A DNA stretch of 64,000 bases from Octopus sinensis. Lineage: Eukaryota. The stretch lies in assembly GCF_006345805.1 (NCBI RefSeq), contig NC_043003.1, positions 6,758,001-6,822,000 of the forward strand, written 5' to 3'. Below the pieces are notes generated by a model. That model did not search any database. It was not told the DNA's origin and was given only the letters and a program-made list of their open reading frames with translations. Every line of letters begins with the position of its first letter. Within the stretch, counting starts at the first letter, position 1. Below are positions 45,420-57,400 of the stretch, piece by piece. Position numbers and translations under genes: made by a program.

Positions 45420-47065
45420 GTGACATCAGTATCTGCCACGACTATGATTTCAGGTGGTTTGATGGGTCTTCTTCTCAAGCACAGCATATTGCCAAAGGTC
45501 ATTAGTCATTTGTCATTGCCTCTGTGAGGCCCAGCACTCGGAATGTGCATTTTATGTGCCACGGGTACAGGTAATAGTTACATGAGACTGGCATCAACCA
45601 CATTGCCTCTGTGAAGCCCAATGTTTGAAAAGTACATTTTACGTGTCACTGGCACCTGTGCCAGTGGCATGACACCGACAACAGCCACGACTATGATTGA
45701 ACTTGGCTTGATGGGTCTTCTCAAGCAGAGCATATCACCAAAGGTCTTGATCACTAGTCATTGCCTCCATGAGGTCCAACGTTTGAAGATTGTGCTTCAC
45801 CACTTCATCCCATGTCTTCCTGGGTCTCCCTCTTCCACAGCTTCCTTCCACTGATAGAGATCAGCACTTCTTCACACAGCTGCCCACATCCATACACTTC
45901 ACATGACTATAACAGCACAGTTGTTTCTCTTGCACACCACGTCTGATGCCTCTTATGCCCCAACTTTTCTCTCAAGATGTTTACACTCTGTTGTACATGC
46001 CCACTGACATTGCACATCCAGTGAAACATCCTGATTTCATTTCTTTCCAGCCAACGCATGTCCTTGGAGGTCACAGCCCATGTTTCACTGTCATGTAGCA
46101 TGGCTGTTTGCACACAAGCATCATACAATCTGACATTCACTCTTAAGGAGAGGCCCTTTGCTATCAGCAGAGGTAGGAGCTCTATGAACTTTGCCCAACC
46201 TATTCTTATTCTAGCAGCTATGCTCTCAGAACATCCACCTTGACAACTGACTTGGTCACCTAGGAAACAGAAGCTATCAACTGCCTCTAATTTTCCCAAC
46301 TGACATTTGATGCTATCTATTGTCTATACCTTTTTAGTGTACCTGTGCACCATCCACACACAAAAACTAGTTTCCCTGTTAAACTTCCTCTGATATTGCT
46401 GCACTTCTTATCTGTCCATAGTTTACACTGGGTACATCTTATGGGGCTTCTACCTATGTCTTTTCTACAGATCGAGCAGAGCCATCTATCTGAAAGGATT
46501 TGTAACTTGTCAGCTTCCATACTTACTAAGACTTTGGTTTTTGCTAGATTGATTCTAAAGCCTTTTGATTCTAGACCTTGCTTCTACACCTGAAACTTCT
46601 CTAATTCAGCAATAGAAACAAGGTCATTAGCATATAGGAGGTTCCAGGGGCAGCCTGTCTTGAATGCTTCTGTTATTGCCTGGAGGACTATGATGAACAA
46701 GAGGGGGCTGAGGACTGATCCTTGGTGAACCCCTACTTGTACCCCAAATTCTTCACTATACTTGTTGCCAACCCTCACCTTACTGGCAGTGTCCCTGTAC
46801 ATGGCTAGAGCAGCTCTCACCAACCACTCATCTTTCCCTAGCTTCTGCACTGACCACCAGATAAGCGATCAGGTGACCCTTTCAAAGGCTTTCTCCATGT
46901 CAACGAAAGCCAGATACAGAGGTTTATCTTTGGCTAGGTATTTCTCTTGCAGCTGTCTTACCAGAAATATAGCATCAGTGGTACTTCTGCTAGTGATTCA
47001 GCTATAAGAACAAGGTCTTAGAGGGGCTCCCAGGGGCAGCCTGTCTTAAATTCCTCCGTTATTGT
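45420..47065 (-). mobile_element. Decayed RTE LINE 3' half
   Basis: VHQGSVLSPLLFIIVLQ, LLYANDL (YADD mutated), AMLHDSETWAV; frameshifted. Confidence 0.87.
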
Positions 47066-47484
47066 CAGACAGAACAAAAACCATTTTTCTTGTATATTAA
47101 CAACAGAGAATAAACAAAAAAAAACAACAACAAAAGACATTTAATGATTAAATAACAAGTAAATTAAAATTTTTAAATAAAAACAATGTACATAAATGGA
47201 AATAATGACATAAAAAAAAAACAAAAAAAAAAACAAAAACAAAAGGCTATTTACACACGTCTACAATTTCGGTCAAGACAATGCATGTTTCTGTATAGGT
47301 TTTGGCCTGGGAAAAACTGTCGTATTTTAACTGGTTTGAAGAGAGGCTGAAGAGAGAACATTTCACAACACTTCCAACACTGGTAAGGTCTTCGTTTATC
47401 TTTCTTTCTTTCTTCCAATCTTTTATTTGTTTTCTTAACTTCAAGCTGCCAAACTTCTTTAACATTTATAAAAGATAAAGTAAT

Positions 47485-47495
47485 ATGTGTGTGTG

Positions 47496-47553
<58 letters not shown>

Positions 47554-47881
47554 CATATATATATATACATATATATAACATATATATATACATATATATA
47601 TACATATTATATACATATATATATACATATACATATACATATATATATACATATATATACATATATATATACAATATATATACATATATATATACATATA
47701 TATATACATATATATATACATATTATATACATATATATACACACATATATATATACTTAATTAGTGTCTTTCAATTTTGTGGGTGTATTCAGTGAAACAA
47801 CAACAGGAATTATTATTATATGAGGGTCAACTTTATACTACACAGGTTGAAGCAGAGAAAGAAGTGGATAATAATAATAAC

Positions 47882-47921
<40 letters not shown>

Positions 47922-47925
47922 GTAA
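47485..47925. repeat. (TA)n/(TACA)n and (AAT)n microsatellites
   Basis: Directly visible; accounts for the YI-rich ORFs in the track. Confidence 0.95.
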
Positions 47926-48300
47926 TAAAACATTTACAGTTCCAAGTTATGTGGAGAAAATGTGGAAACAATGAAAGATGACTGAAAATTGTATATTGTA
48001 CACACGTGTACATAGCATAGTGTGCACGAGTGTGTTGGTGTGTGTGTGTGAGTATGTGTGTGTGTGTGTGTGTGTGTGTGTACACATCTTTTACCTTTTG
48101 CTTGTTTTAGTCATTGGACCGTAGCCATGCTGGAGCACCACATTCAACTGTTTACTGAAACAAAGCGACGGGTTCTAGTCCCTTGATTGCTTTTTGACAA
48201 ATCACTGAGTTTCAAGGACATAACCAAACAAAATGCATGCACACATATATATGTACATGTGCATAAATACACATACACACACACATATATATCTGCATAC

Positions 48301-48416
<116 letters not shown>

Positions 48417-48447
48417 ATATATATATATATATAACATACACACTCAC

Positions 48448-48490
<43 letters not shown>

Positions 48491-48580
48491 TACATGTATA
48501 TCCATAAATTTATATAAATACACACACACACATGTTTGCATACATTTATGTATATACATACACACTCACATATATACATA

Positions 48581-50512
48581 TGTGCCAGGGAAAAGTACTA
48601 CTGATGCTATATTCCTGGTAAGGCAGCTGCAGGAGAAATACCTAGCCAAAGATAAGCCCCTGTACCTGGCTTTTGTTGACATGGAGAAAGCCTTCGACAG
48701 GGTCCCCCGATCCCTTATCTGGTGGGCAATGAGAAAACTAGGGATAGATGAATGGTTAGTGAGAGCTGTGCGGGCCATGTATAGGGACGCCGCTAGTAGG
48801 GTGAGGGTTGGAAATGAGTACAGTGAAGAATTCCGGGTAGAGGTAGGAGTCCACCAAGGCTCAGTACTCAGCCCCCTCCTATTTATCATAGTCCTCCAGG
48901 CAATAACGGAGGAATTCAAGACAGGATGCCTTGGGAGCTCCTCTATGCTGATGACCTTGCTCTAATTGCTGAGTCGCTATCAGAACTGGAGGAGAAGTTT
49001 CAGGTGTGGAAACAAGGATTAGAATCGAAGGGCCTCAGAGTCAATCTAGCTAAAACCAAAGTCGTAATCAGTAGGAAGGTAGACAAATCACAAACACCTT
49101 CAGGTAGATGGCCCTGCTCGATCTGTAGAAAAGGTGTAGGTAGAAACTCTATAAGATGCACCAAGTGTAAGCTATGGACACATAAGAGATGCAGCAATGT
49201 CAAAGGAAGGCTAACTGGGAAGATAGTTTTTGTATGTGGCAGATGCTCAGGAACAATAAACACTGAAAATGCTCTGAGACCAACTTCCGTCACTTTCCAG
49301 GGAGAAAAACTAGAAATAGTTGATAGTTTCCGTTACCTAGGTGACCAAGTCAGCAGCGGGGGTGGGTGTGCTGAAAGTGTAACTGCTAGAGTAAGAATAG
49401 CTTGGGCAAAGTTCAGAGAGCTCTTACCTCTGCTGGTGACAAAAGGCCTCTCGCACAGAGTGAAAGGCAGACTGTATGATGCGTGTGTACGAACAGCCAT
49501 GCTACATGGCAGTGAAACATGGGCCGTGACTGCTGAGGATATGCGTAAGCTCGCTAGAAATGAAGCCAGTATGCTCCGATGGATGTGTAATGCCGGTACT
49601 CACACTCGGCAGAGTGTAAGTACCTTGAGAGAAAAGCTGGACCTAAGAAGCATCAGTTGTGGTGTGCAAGAGAGACGTTTGCGCTGGTATGGTCATGTGG
49701 CGAGAATGGATGAAGATAGTTGTGTGAAAAAGTGCCACACCCTAGCGGTTGAGGGAACCTGTGGAAGAAGCAGACCCAGGAAAACCTGGCACGAGGTGGT
49801 GAAGCACGACCTTCGAACTTTAGGTCTCACTGAGGAAATGACTAGAGACCGAGACCTCTGGAAGTGTGCTGTGCGCGAGAAGACCCGGCAGGACAAGTGA
49901 GTCCACAACCCGTGGCCTTCTACATGGGATGGAGCCAGCCTACGTATGCATACCTTCCCTTCTTGGGACACAAAACTCTACTTGTGAAGACGTGTTGAGG
50001 CAAGTGAGGATCAGAATCGAAATCGATCAATGGAAATTACGGATGTGCCACCAGTGCCGGTGGCATGTCGAAACTCTGCTTGTGAAGACCCATTGAGGAA
50101 AGTGAGGATCAGAATCGAAATCGATCAATGGAAATCGATCAATGGAAATTGCAGATGTGTTACCAGTGCCGGTGGCATGTAAGAGAACTTTCCGTTTCGC
50201 GACCGTTGCCAGCACCGCCCCGTTTCGTGTCCGTTGCCAGCCTCGCCTGGCCCTCGTGCCGGTGGCACATAAAAAGCACCATCCGTTCGTGGCCGTTTGC
50301 CAGCTCTGTCTGGCACCAGTGCGGGTGGCACGTAAAAAGCACCCACTACACTCACGGAGTGGTTGGCGTTAGGAAGGGCATCCAGCCGTAGAAACACTGC
50401 CAGATTTGACTGGGCCTGATGAAGCCTTCTGGCTTCACAGACCCCAGTAGAACCGTCCAACCCATGCTGGCATGGAAAACGGACGCTAAATGATGATGAT
50501 GATGATGATGAT
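48581..50512 (+). mobile_element. Young 5'-truncated RTE LINE (RT, Cys-rich insert, 3' UTR, (GAT)n tail) with one frameshift
   Basis: ORFs 48582-48965 and 48926-49900 (VHQGSVLSP, LYADD, CSICRKGVGRNSIRCTKCKLWTHKRC, LRWYGHVARM) joined by a 1-nt frameshift at GC/PW; tail 50490-50511. Confidence 0.95.
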
Positions 50513-51000
50513 ATAAATATATATGTATATCCATAAATATATATACATATACACACACACATGTTTGCATACATTTATATATGTATACATACACACTCAC
50601 ATATATACATATATATATATAAATATATATGTATATCCATAAATATATATACATACACACACACACATATATGTTTGCATACATTTATATATATACATAC
50701 ACTCACATATATACATATATATATATAAATATATATGTATATCCATAAATATATATACATACACACACACACATATATGTTTGCATACATTTATATATAT
50801 ATACATACACACTCACATATACACATATATATATAAATATACATGTATATCCATAAATATATATACATATACACACACACACACATATATGTTTGCATAC
50901 ATTTATATATATACATACACACTCACCTATATACATATATATAAATATACATGTATATCCATAAATATATATACATATACACACATACACACACATATTT
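50513..51000. repeat. ~107-bp compound tandem repeat, ~4.6 copies, plus one copy left of the RTE (~48480-48580)
   Basis: tatccataaat anchor at 50528, 50634, 50740, 50848, 50956 and 48499. Confidence 0.88.
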
Positions 51001-51026
51001 ATTTATTTATTTATTTATTTATCTAT

Positions 51027-51406
51027 AGAATAAGGAGAAAATGGAGAGGTAATTAATAAAATTATTTATTAATTATAAAATATGACAACATCTCTGACAG
51101 CTGTTTCGATTCAGAAATCTTTAGATAATTAATTTATAAAATTAAAAATAATTATAAGATGAATCTCTTCAGAAGTAGTAAGGATATACTGATTAGAAAT
51201 ATTATGGCTATAAAACCGTTAACAGTTTTATAGCCATTATTGTATTTCTAATCGGTATAACTTTACTTCTTCGGAAGAGATTCATCTTATAATTTTATAA
51301 ATTAATTATCTAAAGATTTCTGAATCGAAACAGCTGTCGGAATGTTGTCATATTTTATAATTAATAAATAATTTTATTAATTACCTCTCCATTTTCTCCT
51401 TATTCT
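51027..51406. repeat. ~380-bp palindrome whose arms each carry a hammerhead-like motif
   Basis: Arms of ~190 bp around gttaac (51218-51223); minus arm CUGAAGA-GAUUCA..UGAAUC-GAA-ACAGCUGU-C, plus arm CGGAAGA variant. Confidence 0.85.
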
Positions 51407-51410
51407 TTAT

Positions 51411-51484
<74 letters not shown>

Positions 51485-51909
51485 ATGAACCACGGTTTAT
51501 ATGGTTACCTTATAGTTGATCTTTCTGTAGAGTGGGAACTAACCAGGATTTTCATTGGATTTATGAACCCTTAACGAAGTTTATTACCTTCACTTGATAC
51601 TATATTTATTTTTAAATATATATATAAAATTAACATACATACATACATACATATATACATACATACATACATACATACATACACATATATATGTAAATAA
51701 ATACTTATTGCATTTACTATACAACACACGCACACACACACACATGCACATGTAGATTTTTAACCGTGGTGACCAGTGGCACTGACTATTAACTCTCTAA
51801 ATTTCATATTGAGATAAATGCGATAAAGTTTTGTGTGGAATTTATGGGGAACAGGTAAATCATAGAACAGCAGGTGATAATAGTAATTCTAAGTGTCCAA
51901 ACTCTTATG

Positions 51910-52084
51910 TTATGTGGGGCTTTGCTCGTTACTACCCAGTAATTTCTCTTTCTCGTTAGCACCTGGTGTCTGTGGTGCGCTGTCATTCTCACAATTATTT
52001 TGGAATTTGGCATGCAGCTGGATCTTCACTGCATGGATGCGGAAATGAAGTCGAGACTCAAGCATGTAGCCTTTGTAGTTTCTT
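51910..52084 (-). CDS. TTC39B: TTC39-like last coding exon (RNYKGYMLESRLHFRIHAV...QSPT*)
   Basis: ttttcag acceptor; TAA at 51912-51910. Confidence 0.92.
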
Positions 52085-54395
52085 CTGAAAAGGAAATGTA
52101 GACCAGGTTAATACATCTATGCCTCATGTCCCTTAAGCAGGAGACTCAAAAAATTCATTGAATTTTAGTAAAGAAATAAATTAAACTTTAGGCATTGATG
52201 GTGGGCTAGTTGAACGGGGTTCTGTGAACTTAACTCTTAAAGTCTTTTAATGTTTTCTCTACATAAATTTCTTAATCCCGTTAAAAACTAGAAATTTCTT
52301 AATCCTGCAGTCAGCCCGATATAAAGATCATAGATATAAAAACTATTGCATGGATTTGGGTGAACTTTACTGACAGGATGTAACTGTTAGGGGACATTAT
52401 GAATGTGTTTTTGGTTTTTTATTTGTCATGTCATTTTCACCAGCCAAAGTAAGTGGAATACTGTTAAGTTGATTAAACTCAAATATTCTGACATATATTT
52501 ACAAGAAGTCGATTCCCTAATGACATCATTAGTAAATAAATATTGATATTTAAATTATCTCTCTATATATATACACGCCAAAATGTCTGTCTGTGTGTGT
52601 GTCCTTTATACAAATCCACAATTTTTCAGTTAGAGGGCTCGCACTTTCTATGGTCATTCAAAACCGTCCAAGGGTGGTCGTGCACATCTTTACATTTCCC
52701 CAGTCACCCAGCAAAGCCATTAAAAAATCAATAGAAGTGACTTTTTTGTGAATTTTCTATCCAAAACCCAATCAAAATGCCTGAAACTTGATACACCAAT
52801 TGAATGCCAGCTAGTTGTATGTGATTGGTTGGAGATTTGGACAGTACTCGCGTATATGTGCGCGCACACGCAGCTGTATATGCATGCACTAGCACTATGA
52901 CCTGGCGTTGCCGGGTCATAGTGCTAGTAATAAATAATATCAATGAATTCTAACTTGTTCTTTGAGATGCTAACTGCTATTAACCTTGAAAATTGAAGGA
53001 AGTCAAAATCCAAAGAAATTTACTAGACAATATGCAAAAAATAAAGACACATGGTACAAACAGGAAGTCTTTTGACAGGAAGCTAAACTTTGTTTCTCAT
53101 ACAGAAAAATATTTTTGACCCCCAAACAACAACACTATTTGAAATGCAGATTTGCACAGTTTGTTGGTGGTAAAGGAAATTTATAGGTCATTGTTGATGG
53201 ATTAACAGAGGTTAAGATGGGTTAAGGTAGGTTTATTAGTAAATGTGATATAAGGCGGCGAGCTGGCAGAAACGTTAGCACGCCAGGCGAAATGCGTAAC
53301 CGTATTTCGTCTGCCGTTACGTTCTGGGTTCAAATTCCGCCAAGGTCGACTTTGCCTTTCATCCTTTTGGGGTCGATAAATAAAGTACCAGTTACGCACT
53401 GGGATCGATGTAATCGACTTAATCCCCTTGTCTGTCCTTGTTTGCCCCCTCTGTGTTTAGCCCCTTGTGGGTAATAAAGAAATATATTAGTAAATGTGAT
53501 TTTGTAACAAGATCACACATTTTGTCAGGATAGAGTGGATTAAATCAATACAAGGTACTGGATTAATTCAATCAACTTTATGATGATGATAGTGATCATG
53601 ATGATGAAGATGATGATGATATACTCTTCAGAGGGATTTGAACTCAGAATGTAAATGACATAACCAAGCTATTCTGCCAAATTGCAGCCACCAGAGTAAA
53701 ATTGATGGTATTAAAACTTCATCTATAAATAGACATTAGACACATCTGGAAGACATCTGTAAAACAAATGTTAGATACCAGTTGGACATCTGGAGAGTTA
53801 TGTTAGACACCAGGTAGCTTTCAGACATCTGGTAGACAACAGTTAAGAGGAAATGCCAGAGCAGGTGCCAGTAAGGTGATGCTGGTAACGATCACGCTTG
53901 AATGGTGTCTTTTACGTGCCACTGGCACGGAGGCCAGATAGCCGCTCTGGCAACGATCACGCTCGAATGGTGCTCTTAACACCCTACTAGCATGGGGCTC
54001 GAGTGCCAGTTAGGCGACACTGGCAACAATCACACTCAAATGGTGCCTTTTAAGTGCCACTGGCACTGAGGCCGGTTAGCCGCTCCGTCAATGATCACAT
54101 GTCCCAACATATTTTACCGTCATCTCTCTCTCATACCATTCCCCTCGATTGTCTGTGTGTAGAAAATTAGGGATGTACTTACTTGGCTTTTTGTATATAA
54201 TTCTGGACATCAGCTGGCTTCTGTAGAATCAGGTACATCAGTGACAGCTCCAGGTGAGCATAAGGGACCAAATAAGTATCGATCTTTATCTTCTTTTCAC
54301 TGTAATAGATGAAATTACCATGTTAGTTTCTAAAGAAGGCAATGATAATTCAAGTGTTAATGGATGGATATATTTATATATAAAATCAATCAAGC

Positions 54396-54426
<31 letters not shown>

Positions 54427-57400
54427 TGAACATGTAGTAATCAGTTCGCTAACCAGATGTATGTAATTACTGATTTTATGGAAGCAACACACCATATTAT
54501 TGGAAAAGTTGCTTTACAGATTAGATATGAATATTTCTACAGAACTCCTTAAACAGTTCATATACTGTATTTACATCCACTTTCCATACTAGCATCTGTT
54601 ATATGAATCATCATAATCCAAGTCAATGTATATTTGGTGCCACTGCCCTCATAGATAAGGCAGTGGGCCACATGTTGCATTTGTGACTAGGTCTCTACAG
54701 ATACTTTATGGGTGTAGAAGACATATTTTAAAGTAGCATCAACAACACTAGAGAGATTGTAAACTTCTCAGTGAGACTGACCTAAAGTGGTTTCTCAATT
54801 CTAGGCTTTCTCTGTTCATTTAGCCGACCCCTTTAATATACAAAAGGCACCACTTACTGTGTGTTTCCTGATCAATACTTTTATACACTTGGTATGGAAG
54901 CACTCCGTCGGTTACGATGACGAGGGTTCCGGTTGATCTGATCAACGGAACAGCCTGCTCGTGAAATTAACGTGTAAGTGGCTGAGCACTCCACAGACAC
55001 GTGTACCCTTAACGCAGTTCTCGGGGATATTCAGCGTGACACAGAGAGTGACAAGGCCGGCCCTTTGAAGTGCAGGTACAACAGAAACAGGAAGTAAGAG
55101 TGAGAGAAAGTTATGGTGAAAGAGTACAGCAGGGATCACCACCATCCCCTGCCGGAGCCTCGTGGAGCTTTTAGGTGTTTTCGCTCAATAAACACTCACA
55201 ACACCCGGTCTGGGAATCTAAACCACGATCCTACAACCGCGAGTCCGCTGCCCTAACCACTGGGCCATTGCACATCCACTTTTATACACTTAGATCTAAC
55301 AGTAAAATTTAAATAATCTTTACAGTAAAGCAATATCAAGCAGTGAATAACTTTAAATTTAATCATGGCTAAAATTAGTGAAGAAAAAATATAAGAAAAC
55401 AACAAATAAGAATTAAAATAATAAACACAACCTCTGCAGCCACCACCACACAACACTGACAATAGTAAACCCCAAAATAATCACTGGTACTTACTATCCA
55501 ATAACCTCCAGGAAACATTGCTCAGCTTGGAAATATTGTCCTCGGTATTTGAGACAAACTCCCTTCAGTAAAAGAGCTAGACTGTAGTCATCGTGGTAAT
55601 TGGGATAAGCATCTGAAAAGGAAAGAAATATTTGTAAATAACAGGTTAAGCCATATCCTGAACGCCTTACTTCCCTGGGCATGGACACATTGAAACTCCG
55701 ACGTCTGGCAGCTGACTTGGCAGACACCCATAAAATTATTAACCATCTTACAAACAATAACTCTGAGCACCTTTTCAAACTCCACCCATCTAACACCCGT
55801 GGACATATTTACAAAGTCAGAAAACAGCACAGCTCCCATGACTTTCGGAAACATTTTTTCACTCTAAGAGTTGCTGAAGCATGGAACAAACTGCCAGCAT
55901 CAGTTGTTAGTTGTTGGAGCACTGCATCCTTCAAAACTTCCATGCTTTCTGAGATTCGCCAACACTACACCTGATTTTCTCCCCTCCATACACATGCAAG
56001 CATGTATCTGACTCATACACTGTTCGCTTTCCAGACATTTTTACATTACTGCATGTATTTTATATGCACTTTCTGACAAGTTGTGGTGCACCTGAGCACT
56101 GTATACAATAACTTCATTGTTATTTTATTTTAAGACTTCACTGACATTTCTCACGGTACCTCACAGCTCTTCTGCCATACACTCTGCTAGGAGATCCCTA
56201 AAAGATCTTAATGACTATGTTGTTGCAACTACTGTGAGGTCCTGCTACAAAGTCCTAACTTCTATGATATATAATATATATATAATGAAATTGTTGTATA
56301 CAGTGCTCAGGTGCACCACAACTTGTCAGAAAGTGCGTGTAAAGCATATGCAGTCATGTACAAATGTCTGGAAAGTGAACAGTGTTTGAGTCAGATACAT
56401 GGTTATGTGTGTATGGAGGGGAGAAAATTAGGTGTAGTGTTGGCGAATCTCAGGAAGCATGGAAGTTTTGAAGGATGCAGTCCTAATGATGTCCTAATTG
56501 CTATGTATTCTATATTTTCTATTTATTGGAATAGCTATTTCATAAGGAAACTTTCCCCCCTTCCGGTTTTCAGGTAGCAACAATCAGTGGAAATGCTCTG
56601 CAATATAAATAACTGGATTATGTATTATCCCAACTCTGACTTGCATGCGTGCACACACACACACACACACACCAGTAGTAGCAGCACCGCCACCACCACC
56701 ATCACCACCACTCCACCACCACCATCACCATCATTTCAATGTTCTCTTTTCCTTGCTTGCATAAGTCAGGCAGCATTTGCCAAGGCAAATTTTCTACGGC
56801 TGGATGCCCTTTCTGTTGTCAGCCATCACCTGTTTCCAGATAAGGCATTATTTCTCCATGGCCATATACACACACACATACACAAGCATACATCTGTATG
56901 TATGCACGTGTGTGTGTGTTTGTACCTTTTTTGATTGGACATTGTATAGTAGTTGTAAAGGAGTGTCCCTGTCATACAAGCAGTGTCCATTCATTTCCAA
57001 TATTCAGTGAGAAAATATCTGGAGATGGGGAAATATTATCTAGCTTGGAAACAGGTACAGATTGGTGACAGGAAGGGCATCTGGCAGTAGAAAATCTGTC
57101 TTAATAAACTTCATCCAACCCTTGCAAGCTTGGAAAATTGGAGATGAAAGTGATGATGATGATGATGATGACGACAATAAGGCTACACATTTGAGAGCAA
57201 GAAACAACCATTTAAATAGATCCCTCTTATATGACTAATATTTACCTTATGAATGCCAGGAAAATGAAAGGCAAAGTCCACCTTGGCAGGATTTAAACTC
57301 AAATCATGCAGTGATTTTACTAAACAGCATAAGGTATTCACCAGCCACAAGGAGAGAGAAAAAAAGGGATAATGGAAATTAAGCATTTGATAGCAAATAC

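Noticed and set aside
47251-47440. Minus-strand [12 protein letters not shown], resembling a C2H2 zinc finger start
   Set aside because: Both His ligands are absent, there is no finger array and no clear splice support.
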